Source: a virus
Lineage: Duplodnaviria > Heunggongvirae > Uroviricota > Caudoviricetes
Strand: one strand, 5' to 3'
Virus record (IMG/VR): IMGVR_UViG_2563366958_000013
DNA: 17,310 bases
Positions 1 to 8,693 of the stretch are shown piece by piece. Position numbers and translations under genes: made by a program. Position 1 is the stretch's first letter. Every line of letters starts with the position of its first letter. The notes below the pieces were generated by a model. That model saw nothing but the letters and a program-made list of their open reading frames with translations, was not told the DNA's origin and made no database searches.

Positions 1-351
1 TCCGAGCTGGAGACAGCGGTAAAAGACCTGGGTAAAGCGGTGTCCTATAAGGGTATGTATGGCGATGTTGCCATCGTCGTGTATTCCGGACAGTACGTGG
101 AAAACGGCGTCAAAAAGAACTTCCTGCCGGACAACACGATGGTGCTGGGGAACACTCAGGCACGCGGTCTGCGCACCTATGGTTGTATTCAGGATGCGGA
201 CGCACAGCGCGAAGGCATTAACGCCTCTGCCCGTTACCCGAAAAACTGGGTGACCACCGGCGATCCGGCACGTGAGTTCACCATGATTCAGTCAGCACCG
301 CTGATGCTGCTGGCTGACCCTGATGAGTTCGTGTCCGTACAACTGGCGTAA
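1..351 (+). CDS. E: major capsid protein E, C-terminal 116 codons (5' end lies upstream of the window)
   Basis: Frame-1 translation from nt 1 (SELETAVKDLGKAVSYKGMYGDVAIVVYSGQYVENGVKKNFLPDNTMVLGNTQARGLRTYGCIQDADAQREGINASARYPKNWVTTGDPAREFTMIQSAPLMLLADPDEFVSVQLA) matches my recollection of the lambda gpE C-terminus; open from nt 1, stop TAA at 349-351. Confidence 0.9.
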   Translation, partial: SELETAVKDLGKAVSYKGMYGDVAIVVYSGQYVENGVKKNFLPDNTMVLGNTQARGLRTYGCIQDADAQREGINASARYPKNWVTTGDPAREFTMIQSAPLMLLADPDEFVSVQLA

Positions 352-392
352 TCATGGCCCTTCGGGGCCATTGTCTCTCTGTGGAGAAGTCC

Positions 393-788
393 ATGACGAA
401 AGATGAACTGATTGCCCGTCTCCGCTCGCTGGGTGAACAACTGAACCGTGATGTCAGCCTGACGGGGACGAAAGAAGAACTGGCGCTCCGTGTGGCAGAG
501 CTGGAAGAAGAGCTTGATGACACGGGCGACACTGCCGGTCAGGATACCCCTCTCAGCCCGGAAAATGTGCTGACCGGACATGAAAATGAGGTTGTATCAG
601 CGCAGCCGGATACCGTGACTGATACGGCTGATCTGGTCACGGTTGTGGCACTGGTGACGCTGCATACTGATGCACTTCACGCCACGCGGGATGAGGCTGT
701 GGCATTTGTGCTGCCGGGAACGGCGTTCCGTGTCTCTGCCGGTGTGGCAGCTGAAATGACAGAGCGCGGCCTGGCCAGAATGCAATAA
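393..788 (+). CDS. FI: DNA packaging protein FI
   Basis: ORF 354..788; the lambda FI N-terminus MTKDELIARLRSLGEQLNRDVSLTGTKEELALRVAEL begins at the internal ATG 393, preceded by GGAGAAG (383-389). The 354 start adds 13 non-lambda residues with no RBS. Confidence 0.85.
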   Translation: MTKDELIARLRSLGEQLNRDVSLTGTKEELALRVAELEEELDDTGDTAGQDTPLSPENVLTGHENEVVSAQPDTVTDTADLVTVVALVTLHTDALHATRDEAVAFVLPGTAFRVSAGVAAEMTERGLARMQ

Positions 789-799
789 CGGGAGGCGCT

Positions 800-1153
800 G
801 TGGCTGATTTCGATAACCTGTTCGATGCTGCCATTGCCTGCGCCGATGAAACGATACGCGGGTACATGGGAACGTCAGCCACCATGACATCCGGTGAGCA
901 GTCCGGTGCTGTGATACGTGGTGTTTTTGATGACCCTGAAAATATCAGCTATGCCGGACAGGGCGTGCGCGTTGAAGGCTCCAGCCCGTCCCTGTTTGTC
1001 CGGACTGATGATGTGCGGCAACTGCGGCGTGGAGACACGCTGACCATCGGTGAGGAAAACTTCTGGATAGATCGTGTTTCGCCGGATGATGGCGGAAGCT
1101 GTCATCTCTGGCTTGGGCGGGGCGTACCGCCTGCCGTTAACCGTCGCCGCTGA
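800..1153 (+). CDS. FII: head completion / head-tail joining protein FII
   Basis: 117-aa product MADFDNLFDAAIA...HLWLGRGVPPAVNRRR matches lambda gpFII; GTG start at 800 preceded by GGGAGG (789-794). Confidence 0.9.
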   Translation: MADFDNLFDAAIACADETIRGYMGTSATMTSGEQSGAVIRGVFDDPENISYAGQGVRVEGSSPSLFVRTDDVRQLRRGDTLTIGEENFWIDRVSPDDGGSCHLWLGRGVPPAVNRRR

Positions 1154-1164
1154 AAGGGGGATGT

Positions 1165-1743
1165 ATGGCCATACAGGGTCTTGAGCAGGCCGTTGAAAAC
1201 CTCAGCCGTATCAGCAAAACGGCGGTTCCCGGTGCCGCCGCAATGGCCATTAACCGCGTTGCGTCATCCGCGATATCGCAGTCGGCGTCACAGGTTGCCC
1301 GTGAGACAAAGGTACGCCGGAAACTGGTAAAGGAAAGGGCCAGGCTGAAAAGGGCCACGGTCAAAAATCCGCAGGCCAGAATCAAAGTTAACCGGGGGGA
1401 TTTGCCCGTAATCAAGCTGGGTAATGCGCGGGTTGTCCTGTCCCGCCGCAGGCGTCGTAAAAAGGGGCAGCGTTCATCCCTGAAAGGTGGCGGCAGCGTG
1501 CTTGTGGTGGGTAACCGTCGTATTCCCGGCGCGTTTATTCAGCAACTGAAAAATGGCCGGTGGCATGTTATGCAGCGTGTGGCCGGGAAAAACCGTTACC
1601 CCATTGATGTGGTGAAAATCCCGATGGCGGTGCCGCTGACCACGGCGTTTAAACAGAATATTGAACGGATACGGCGTGAACGTCTTCCGAAAGAGCTGGG
1701 CTATGCGCTGCAGCATCAACTGAGAATGGTAATAAAGCGATGA
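1165..1743 (+). CDS. Z: tail completion protein Z
   Basis: 192-aa product MAIQGLEQAVENLSRISKTAVPGAAAMAINRVASSA... matches lambda gpZ in length and sequence; RBS AAAGGGGGA upstream. Confidence 0.9.
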   Translation: MAIQGLEQAVENLSRISKTAVPGAAAMAINRVASSAISQSASQVARETKVRRKLVKERARLKRATVKNPQARIKVNRGDLPVIKLGNARVVLSRRRRRKKGQRSSLKGGGSVLVVGNRRIPGAFIQQLKNGRWHVMQRVAGKNRYPIDVVKIPMAVPLTTAFKQNIERIRRERLPKELGYALQHQLRMVIKR

Positions 1744-2135
1744 AACATACTGAACTCCGTGCAGCCGTACTGGATGCACTGGAGAAGCATGACACCGGGG
1801 CGACGCTTTTTGATGGTCGCCCCGCTGTTTTTGATGAGGAAGATTTTCCGGCAATTGCCGTTTATCTCACCGGCGCTGAATACACGGGCGAAGAGCTGGA
1901 CAGCGATACCTGGCAGGCGGAGCTGCATATTGAAGTTTTCCTGCCTGCTCAGGTGCCGGATTCAGAGCTGGATTCGTGGATGGAGTCCCGGATTTATCCG
2001 GTGATGAGCGATATCCCGGCACTGTCAGATTTGATCACCAGTATGGTGGCCAGTGGCTATGACTACCGGCGCGACGATGATGCGGGCCTGTGGAGTTCAG
2101 CCGATCTGACTTATGTCATTACCTATGAAATGTGA
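1740..2135 (+). CDS. U: tail tube terminator protein U
   Basis: 131-aa product [54 protein letters not shown]... matches lambda gpU; start overlaps the Z stop (ATGA coupling). Confidence 0.9.
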   Translation: MKHTELRAAVLDALEKHDTGATLFDGRPAVFDEEDFPAIAVYLTGAEYTGEELDSDTWQAELHIEVFLPAQVPDSELDSWMESRIYPVMSDIPALSDLITSMVASGYDYRRDDDAGLWSSADLTYVITYEM

Positions 2136-2142
2136 GGACGCT

Positions 2143-2883
2143 ATGCCTGTACCAAATCCAGTAATGCCGGTGAAAGGTGCCGGGACCACCCTGTGGGTTT
2201 ATAAGGGGAGCGGTGACCCTTATGCGAACCCGCTTTCAGACGTTGACTGGTCGCGTCTGGCAAAAGTTAAAGACCTGACGCCCGGCGAACTGACCGCTGA
2301 GTCCTATGACGACAGCTATCTCGATGATGAAGATGCAGACTGGACTGCGACCGGGCAGGGGCAGAAATCTGCCGGAGATACCAGCTTCACGCTGGCGTGG
2401 ATGCCCGGAGAGCAGGGGCAGCAGGCGCTGCTGGCGTGGTTTAATGAAGGTGATACCCGTGCCTATAAAATCCGCTTCCCGAACGGCACGGTCGATGTGT
2501 TCCGTGGCTGGGTCAGCAGCATCGGTAAGGCGGTGACGGCAAAGGAAGTGATCACCCGTACGGTGAAGGTCACCAATGTGGGTCGTCCGTCAATGGCAGA
2601 AGAACACAGTACGGTGACGGCGGCAACCGGTATGACCGTGACGCCAGCCAGCGCTTCCGTAGTGAAAGGGAAGAGCACCACGCTGACCGTGGCATTCCAG
2701 CCGGAAGGCGCAACCGACAAGAGCTTCCGTGCGGTGTCAGCGGATAAAACAAAAGCTACCGTGTCGGTCAGTGGTATGACCATCACCGTGAATGGCGTTG
2801 CTGCAGGTAAGGTCAACATTCCGGTCGTATCCGGTAATGGTGAGTTTGCTGCGGTTGCAGAAATTACCGTCACCGCCAGTTAA
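2143..2883 (+). CDS. V: major tail tube protein V with C-terminal Ig-like domain
   Basis: Lambda gpV N-terminus [67 protein letters not shown] begins at ATG 2143 (RBS GAGGACG 2134-2140). The track start at 2113 would overlap U and lacks an RBS. The C-terminal ~90 aa ([12 protein letters not shown]...AEITVTAS) resembles the gpV Ig-like domain. Confidence 0.9.
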   Translation: MPVPNPVMPVKGAGTTLWVYKGSGDPYANPLSDVDWSRLAKVKDLTPGELTAESYDDSYLDDEDADWTATGQGQKSAGDTSFTLAWMPGEQGQQALLAWFNEGDTRAYKIRFPNGTVDVFRGWVSSIGKAVTAKEVITRTVKVTNVGRPSMAEEHSTVTAATGMTVTPASASVVKGKSTTLTVAFQPEGATDKSFRAVSADKTKATVSVSGMTITVNGVAAGKVNIPVVSGNGEFAAVAEITVTAS

Positions 2884-2898
2884 TCCGGAGAGTCAGCG

Positions 2899-3321
2899 AT
2901 GTTCCTGAAAACCGAATCATTTGAACATAACGGTGTGACCGTCACGCTTTCTGAACTGTCAGCCCTGCAGCGCATTGAGCATCTCGCCCTGATGAAACGG
3001 CAGGCAGAACAGGCGGAGTCAGACAGCAACCGGAAGTTTACTGTGGAAGACGCCATCAGAACCGGCGCGTTTCTGGTGGCGATGTCCCTGTGGCATAACC
3101 ATCCGCAGAAGACGCAGATGCCGTCCATGAATGAAGCCGTTAAACAGATTGAGCAGGAAGTGCTTACCACCTGGCCCACGGAGGCAATTTCTCATGCTGA
3201 AAACGTGGTGTACCGGCTGTCTGGTATGTATGAGTTTGTGGTGAATAATGCCCCTGAACAGACAGAGGACGCCGGGCCCGCAGAGCCTGTTTCTGCGGGA
3301 AAGTGTTCGACGGTGAGCTGA
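2899..3321 (+). CDS. G: tail assembly chaperone G
   Basis: 140-aa product MFLKTESFEHNGVTVTLSELSALQRIEHLALMKRQAEQAESD... matches lambda gpG; RBS GGAGAG upstream. Confidence 0.9.
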   Translation: MFLKTESFEHNGVTVTLSELSALQRIEHLALMKRQAEQAESDSNRKFTVEDAIRTGAFLVAMSLWHNHPQKTQMPSMNEAVKQIEQEVLTTWPTEAISHAENVVYRLSGMYEFVVNNAPEQTEDAGPAEPVSAGKCSTVS

Positions 3322-3737
3322 GTTTTGCCCTGAAACTGGCGCGTGAGATGGGGCGACCCGACTGGCGTGCCATGCTTGCCGGGATGTCATCCACGGAGTA
3401 TGCCGACTGGCACCGCTTTTACAGTACCCATTATTTTCATGATGTTCTGCTGGATATGCACTTTTCCGGGCTGACGTACACCGTGCTCAGCCTGTTTTTC
3501 AGCGATCCGGATATGCATCCGCTGGATTTCAGTCTGCTGAACCGGCGCGAGGCTGACGAAGAGCCTGAAGATGATGTGCTGATGCAGAAAGCGGCAGGGC
3601 TTGCCGGAGGTGTCCGCTTTGGCCCGGACGGGAATGAAGTTATCCCCGCTTCCCCGGATGTGGCGGACATGACGGAGGATGACGTAATGCTGATGACAGT
3701 ATCAGAAGGGATCGCAGGAGGAGTCCGGTATGGCTGA
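2899..3737 (+). CDS. T: tail assembly chaperone G-T fusion, made by programmed -1 ribosomal frameshift near 3297-3303 (G frame to 3302, -1 frame onward)
   Basis: The -1 frame ORF 3303..3737 (…FDGELSFALKLAREMGRPDWRAMLAGMSSTEYADWHRFYSTHYFHDVLLDMHFSG…) matches lambda gpT and has no RBS/start of its own. It is entered from the G frame at the heptamer G GGA AAG. Confidence 0.85.
3297..3303 (+). promoter_or_regulatory. -1 programmed ribosomal frameshift slippery heptamer GGGAAAG (G/G-T)
   Basis: Heptamer g ggA AAG read in the G zero frame (codons GGA 3298-3300, AAG 3301-3303), 6 codons before the G stop; the same slippery sequence and position as in lambda G-T. Confidence 0.85.
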
Positions 3738-6291
3738 ACCGGTAGGCGATCTGGTCGTTGATTTGAGTCTGGATGCGGCCAGATTTGACGAGCAGATGGC
3801 CAGAGTCAGGCGTCATTTTTCCGGTACGGAAAGTGATGCGAAAAAAACAGCGGCAGTCGTTGAACAGTCGCTGAGCCGACAGGCGCTGGCTGCACAGAAA
3901 GCGGGGATTTCCGTCGGGCAGTATAAAGCCGCCATGCGTATGCTGCCTGCACAGTTCACCGACGTGGCCACGCAGCTTGCCGGCGGGCAAAGTCCGTGGC
4001 TGATCCTGCTGCAACAGGGGGGGCAGGTGAAGGACTCCTTCGGCGGGATGATCCCCATGTTCAGGGGGCTTGCCGGTGCGATCACCCTGCCGATGGTGGG
4101 GGCCACCTCGCTGGCGGTGGCGACCGGTGCGCTGGCGTATGCCTGGTATCAGGGCAACTCAACCCTGTCCGATTTCAACAAAACGCTGGTCCTTTCCGGC
4201 AATCAGGCGGGACTGACGGCAGATCGTATGCTGGTCCTGTCCAGAGCCGGGCAGGCGGCAGGGCTGACGTTTAACCAGACCAGCGAGTCACTCAGCGCAC
4301 TGGTTAAGGCGGGGGTAAGCGGTGAGGCTCAGATTGCGTCCATCAGCCAGAGTGTGGCGCGTTTCTCCTCTGCATCCGGCGTGGAGGTGGACAAGGTCGC
4401 TGAAGCCTTCGGGAAGCTGACCACAGACCCGACGTCGGGGCTGACGGCGATGGCACGCCAGTTCCATAACGTGACGGCGGAGCAGATTGCGTATGTTGCT
4501 CAGTTGCAGCGTTCCGGCGATGAAGCCGGGGCATTGCAGGCGGCGAACGAGGCCGCAACGAAAGGGTTTGATGACCAGACCCGCCGCCTGAAAGAGAACA
4601 TGGGCACGCTGGAGACCTGGGCAGACAGGACTGCGCGGGCATTCAAATCCATGTGGGATGCGGTGCTGGATATTGGTCGTCCTGATACCGCGCAGGAGAT
4701 GCTGATTAAGGCAGAGGCTGCGTTTAAGAAAGCAGACGACATCTGGAATCTGCGCAAGGATGATTATTTTGTTAACGATGAAGCGCGGGCGCGTTACTGG
4801 GATGATCGTGAAAAGGCCCGTCTTGCGCTTGAAGCCGCCCGAAAGAAGGCTGAGCAGCAGACTCAACAGGACAAAAATGCGCAGCAGCAGAGCGATACCG
4901 AAGCGTCACGGCTGAAATATACCGAAGAGGCGCAGAAGGCTTACGAACGGCTGCAGACGCCGCTGGAGAAATATACCGCCCGTCAGGAAGAACTGAACAA
5001 GGCACTGAAAGACGGGAAAATCCTGCAGGCGGATTACAACACGCTGATGGCGGCGGCGAAAAAGGATTATGAAGCGACGCTGAAAAAGCCGAAACAGTCC
5101 GGCGTGAAGGTGTCTGCGGGCGATCGTCAGGAAGACAGTGCTCATGCTGCCCTGCTGACGCTTCAGGCAGAACTCCGGACGCTGGAGAAGCATGCCGGAG
5201 CAAATGAGAAAATCAGCCAGCAGCGCCGGGATTTGTGGAAGGCGGAGAGTCAGTTCGCGGTACTGGAGGAGGCGGCGCAACGTCGCCAGCTGTCTGCACA
5301 GGAGAAATCCCTGCTGGCGCATAAAGATGAGACGCTGGAGTACAAACGCCAGCTGGCTGCACTTGGCGACAAGGTTACGTATCAGGAGCGCCTGAACGCG
5401 CTGGCGCAGCAGGCGGATAAATTCGCACAGCAGCAACGGGCAAAACGGGCCGCCATTGATGCGAAAAGCCGGGGGCTGACTGACCGGCAGGCAGAACGGG
5501 AAGCCACGGAACAGCGCCTGAAGGAACAGTATGGCGATAATCCGCTGGCGCTGAATAACGTCATGTCAGAGCAGAAAAAGACCTGGGCGGCTGAAGACCA
5601 GCTTCGCGGGAACTGGATGGCAGGCCTGAAGTCCGGCTGGAGTGAGTGGGAAGAGAGCGCCACGGACAGTATGTCGCAGGTAAAAAGTGCAGCCACGCAG
5701 ACCTTTGATGGTATTGCACAGAATATGGCGGCGATGCTGACCGGCAGTGAGCAGAACTGGCGCAGCTTCACCCGTTCCGTGCTGTCCATGATGACAGAAA
5801 TTCTGCTTAAGCAGGCAATGGTGGGGATTGTCGGGAGTATCGGCAGCGCCATTGGCGGGGCTGTTGGTGGCGGCGCATCCGCGTCAGGCGGTACAGCCAT
5901 TCAGGCCGCTGCGGCGAAATTCCATTTTGCAACCGGAGGATTTACGGGAACCGGCGGCAAATATGAGCCAGCGGGGATTGTTCACCGTGGTGAGTTTGTC
6001 TTCACGAAGGAGGCAACCAGCCGGATTGGCGTGGGGAATCTTTACCGGCTGATGCGCGGCTATGCCACCGGCGGTTATGTCGGTACACCGGGCAGCATGG
6101 CAGACAGCCGGTCGCAGGCGTCCGGGACGTTTGAGCAGAATAACCATGTGGTGATTAACAACGACGGCACGAACGGGCAGATAGGTCCGGCTGCTCTGAA
6201 GGCGGTGTATGACATGGCCCGCAAGGGTGCCCGTGATGAAATTCAGACACAGATGCGTGATGGTGGCCTGTTCTCCGGAGGTGGACGATGA
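3730..6291 (+). CDS. H: tail tape measure protein H
   Basis: 853-aa product, the same length as lambda gpH; N-terminus MAEPVGDLVVDLSLDAARFDEQMARVRRHF and Gly-rich C-terminal region; start overlaps the T stop (ATGGCTGA), RBS AGGAGGAG upstream. Confidence 0.92.
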   Translation: MAEPVGDLVVDLSLDAARFDEQMARVRRHFSGTESDAKKTAAVVEQSLSRQALAAQKAGISVGQYKAAMRMLPAQFTDVATQLAGGQSPWLILLQQGGQVKDSFGGMIPMFRGLAGAITLPMVGATSLAVATGALAYAWYQGNSTLSDFNKTLVLSGNQAGLTADRMLVLSRAGQAAGLTFNQTSESLSALVKAGVSGEAQIASISQSVARFSSASGVEVDKVAEAFGKLTTDPTSGLTAMARQFHNVTAEQIAYVAQLQRSGDEAGALQAANEAATKGFDDQTRRLKENMGTLETWADRTARAFKSMWDAVLDIGRPDTAQEMLIKAEAAFKKADDIWNLRKDDYFVNDEARARYWDDREKARLALEAARKKAEQQTQQDKNAQQQSDTEASRLKYTEEAQKAYERLQTPLEKYTARQEELNKALKDGKILQADYNTLMAAAKKDYEATLKKPKQSGVKVSAGDRQEDSAHAALLTLQAELRTLEKHAGANEKISQQRRDLWKAESQFAVLEEAAQRRQLSAQEKSLLAHKDETLEYKRQLAALGDKVTYQERLNALAQQADKFAQQQRAKRAAIDAKSRGLTDRQAEREATEQRLKEQYGDNPLALNNVMSEQKKTWAAEDQLRGNWMAGLKSGWSEWEESATDSMSQVKSAATQTFDGIAQNMAAMLTGSEQNWRSFTRSVLSMMTEILLKQAMVGIVGSIGSAIGGAVGGGASASGGTAIQAAAAKFHFATGGFTGTGGKYEPAGIVHRGEFVFTKEATSRIGVGNLYRLMRGYATGGYVGTPGSMADSRSQASGTFEQNNHVVINNDGTNGQIGPAALKAVYDMARKGARDEIQTQMRDGGLFSGGGR

Positions 6292-6617
6292 AGACCTTCC
6301 GCTGGAAAGTGAAACCAGGTATGGATGTGGCTTCGGTCCCTTCTGTAAGAAAGGTGCGCTTTGGTGATGGCTATTCTCAGCGAGCGCCTGCCGGGCTGAA
6401 TGCCAACCTGAAAACGTACAGCGTGACGCTTTCTGTCCCCCGTGAGGAGGCCACGGTACTGGAGTCGTTTCTGGAAGAGCACGGGGGCTGGAAATCCTTT
6501 CTGTGGACGCCGCCTTATGAGTGGCGGCAGATAAAGGTGACCTGCGCAAAATGGTCGTCGCGGGTCAGTATGCTGCGTGTTGAGTTCAGCGCAGAGTTTG
6601 AACAGGTGGTGAACTGA
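6288..6617 (+). CDS. M: tail tip protein M
   Basis: 109-aa product MKTFRWKVKPGMDVASVPSVRKVRFGDGYSQRAPAGLNANLKTYSVTL... matches lambda gpM; ATGA overlap with the H stop. Confidence 0.9.
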   Translation: MKTFRWKVKPGMDVASVPSVRKVRFGDGYSQRAPAGLNANLKTYSVTLSVPREEATVLESFLEEHGGWKSFLWTPPYEWRQIKVTCAKWSSRVSMLRVEFSAEFEQVVN

Positions 6618-7315
6618 TGCAGGATATCCGGCAGGAAACACTGAATGAATGCACCCGTGCGGAGCAGTCGGCCAGCGTGGTGCTCTGGGAAATCGACCTG
6701 ACAGAGGTCGGTGGAGAACGTTATTTTTTCTGTAATGAGCAGAACGAAAAAGGTGAGCCGGTCACCTGGCAGGGGCGACAGTATCAGCCGTATCCCATTC
6801 AGGGGAGCGGTTTTGAACTGAATGGCAAAGGCACCAGTACGCGCCCCACGCTGACGGTTTCTAACCTGTACGGTATGGTCACCGGGATGGCGGAAGATAT
6901 GCAGAGTCTGGTCGGCGGAACGGTGGTCCGGCGTAAGGTTTACGCCCGTTTTCTGGATGCGGTGAACTTCGTCAACGGAAACAGTTACGCCGATCCGGAG
7001 CAGGAGGTGATCAGCCGCTGGCGCATTGAGCAGTGCAGCGAACTGAGCGCGGTGAGTGCCTCCTTTGTACTGTCCACGCCGACGGAAACGGATGGCGCTG
7101 TTTTTCCGGGACGTATCATGCTGGCCAACACCTGCACCTGGACCTATCGCGGTGACGAGTGCGGTTATAGCGGTCCGGCTGTCGCGGATGAATATGACCA
7201 GCCAACGTCCGATATCACGAAGGATAAATGCAGCAAATGCCTGAGCGGTTGTAAGTTCCGCAATAACGTCGGCAACTTTGGCGGCTTCCTTTCCATTAAC
7301 AAACTTTCGCAGTAA
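6617..7315 (+). CDS. L: tail tip protein L
   Basis: 232-aa product MQDIRQETLNECTRAEQSASVVLWEIDLTEVGGERYFFCNEQNEKGEPVTWQGRQYQPYPIQGSGFELNGKG... matches lambda gpL; TGATG overlap with the M stop; C-terminal Cys cluster (CSKCLSGCKF). Confidence 0.9.
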   Translation: MQDIRQETLNECTRAEQSASVVLWEIDLTEVGGERYFFCNEQNEKGEPVTWQGRQYQPYPIQGSGFELNGKGTSTRPTLTVSNLYGMVTGMAEDMQSLVGGTVVRRKVYARFLDAVNFVNGNSYADPEQEVISRWRIEQCSELSAVSASFVLSTPTETDGAVFPGRIMLANTCTWTYRGDECGYSGPAVADEYDQPTSDITKDKCSKCLSGCKFRNNVGNFGGFLSINKLSQ

Positions 7316-7320
7316 ATCCC

Positions 7321-8064
7321 ATGACACAGACAGAATCAGCGATTCTGGCGCACGCCCGGCGATGTGCGCCAGCGGAGTCGTGCGGCTTCGTGGTAAGCAC
7401 GCCGGAGGGGGAAAGATATTTCCCCTGCGTGAATATCTCCGGTGAGCCGGAGGCGTATTTCCGTATGTCGCCGGAAGACTGGCTGCAGGCAGAAATGCAG
7501 GGTGAGATTGTGGCGCTGGTCCACAGCCACCCCGGTGGCCTGCCCTGGCTGAGTGAGGCCGACCGGCGGCTGCAGGTGCAGAGTGATTTGCCGTGGTGGC
7601 TGGTCTGCCGGGGGACGATTCATAAGTTCCGCTGTGTGCCGCATCTCACCGGGCGGCGCTTTGAGCACGGTGTGACGGACTGTTACACACTGTTCCGGGA
7701 TGCTTATCATCTGGCGGGGATTGAGATGCCGGACTTTCATCGTGAGGATGACTGGTGGCGTAACGGCCAGAATCTCTATCTGGATAATCTGGAGGCGACG
7801 GGGCTGTATCAGGTGCCGTTGTCAGCGGCACAGCCGGGCGATGTGCTGCTGTGCTGTTTTGGTTCATCGGTGCCGAATCACGCCGCAATTTACTGCGGCG
7901 ACGGCGAGCTGCTGCACCATATTCCTGAACAACTGAGCAAACGAGAGAGGTACACCGACAAATGGCAGCGACGCACACACTCCCTCTGGCGTCACCGGGC
8001 ATGGCGCGCATCTGCCTTTACGGGGATTTACAACGATTTGGTCGCCGCATCGACCTTCGTGTGA
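7321..8064 (+). CDS. K: tail tip assembly protein K (JAB/MPN-like plus NlpC/P60-like domains)
   Basis: 247-aa product MTQTESAILAHARRCAPAESCGFVV...HSHPGG...VTDCYTLFRDAYH... matches lambda gpK. The HSHPGG (JAMM-like) and DCYTLF (NlpC/P60 Cys) motifs are visible in the sequence. Confidence 0.88.
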   Translation: MTQTESAILAHARRCAPAESCGFVVSTPEGERYFPCVNISGEPEAYFRMSPEDWLQAEMQGEIVALVHSHPGGLPWLSEADRRLQVQSDLPWWLVCRGTIHKFRCVPHLTGRRFEHGVTDCYTLFRDAYHLAGIEMPDFHREDDWWRNGQNLYLDNLEATGLYQVPLSAAQPGDVLLCCFGSSVPNHAAIYCGDGELLHHIPEQLSKRERYTDKWQRRTHSLWRHRAWRASAFTGIYNDLVAASTFV

Positions 8065-8633
8065 AAACGGGGGCTGAAGCCATCCGGGCACTGGCCACAC
8101 AGCTCCCGGCGTTTCGTCAGAAACTGAGCGACGGCTGGTATCAGGTACGGATTGCCGGGCGGGACGTCAGCACGTCCGGGTTAACGGCGCAGTTACATGA
8201 GACTCTGCCTGATGGCGCTGTGATTCATATTGTTCCCAGAGTCGCCGGGGCCAAGTCAGGTGGCGTATTCCAGATTGTCCTGGGGGCTGCCGCCATTGCC
8301 GGATCATTCTTTACCGCCGGAGCCACCCTTGCAGCATGGGGGGCAGCCATTGGGGCCGGTGGTATGACCGGCATCCTGTTTTCTCTCGGTGCCAGTATGG
8401 TGCTCGGTGGTGTGGCGCAGATGCTGGCACCGAAAGCCAGAACTCCCCGTACACAGACAACGGATAACGGTAAGCAGAACACCTATTTCTCCTCACTGGA
8501 TAACATGGTTGCCCAGGGCAATGTTCTGCCTGTTCTGTACGGGGAAATGCGCGTGGGGTCACGCGTGGTTTCTCAGGAGATCAGCACGGCAGACGAAGGG
8601 GACGGTGGTCAGGTTGTGGTGATTGGTCGCTGA
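7962..8633 (+). CDS. I: tail tip assembly protein I
   Basis: 223-aa product MAATHTLPLASPGMARICLYGDLQRFGRRIDLRVKTGAEAIRALATQLPAFRQKL... matches lambda gpI; starts 103 nt inside the 3' end of K in another frame, RBS GAGAGAGG (7943-7950). Confidence 0.88.
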   Translation: MAATHTLPLASPGMARICLYGDLQRFGRRIDLRVKTGAEAIRALATQLPAFRQKLSDGWYQVRIAGRDVSTSGLTAQLHETLPDGAVIHIVPRVAGAKSGGVFQIVLGAAAIAGSFFTAGATLAAWGAAIGAGGMTGILFSLGASMVLGGVAQMLAPKARTPRTQTTDNGKQNTYFSSLDNMVAQGNVLPVLYGEMRVGSRVVSQEISTADEGDGGQVVVIGR

Positions 8634-8651
8634 TGCAAAATGTTTTATGTG

Positions 8652-8672
8652 AAACCGCCTGCGGGCGGTTTT
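8652..8672 (+). other. perfect GC-rich hairpin in the I-J intergenic spacer (possible weak terminator or RNA-processing/stability element)
   Basis: aaaccgcc (8652-8659) / loop tgcg / ggcggttt (8664-8671) form a perfect 8-bp stem, followed by T then GTCATTTAT; lies 20 nt after the I stop and 22 nt before the J ATG. Confidence 0.35.
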
Positions 8673-8693
8673 GTCATTTATGGAGCGTGAGGA

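Noticed and set aside
354-392. Upstream start for FI at 354 (ORF-track start, MALRGHCLSVEKS...)
   Set aside because: The lambda FI N-terminus MTKDEL begins at 393 and is preceded by a GGAGAAG RBS; the 354 start has no RBS and begins 2 nt after the E stop.
2113-2142. Upstream start for V at 2113 (ORF-track start, [10 protein letters not shown]...)
   Set aside because: Would overlap the 3' end of U without an RBS; the gpV-like N-terminus MPVPNP starts at 2143 with RBS GAGGACG.
4288-6549. Several 130-220-aa minus-strand ORFs (4288-4866, 4906-5436, 5382-5900, 5884-6549)
   Set aside because: All antisense to the tape measure gene H; low-complexity or Arg/Leu-rich products typical of antisense GC-rich coding DNA.
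6515-7327. 270-aa ORF on the minus strand
   Set aside because: Antisense to L and the M/L junction, which are confidently assigned on the + strand; no independent support.
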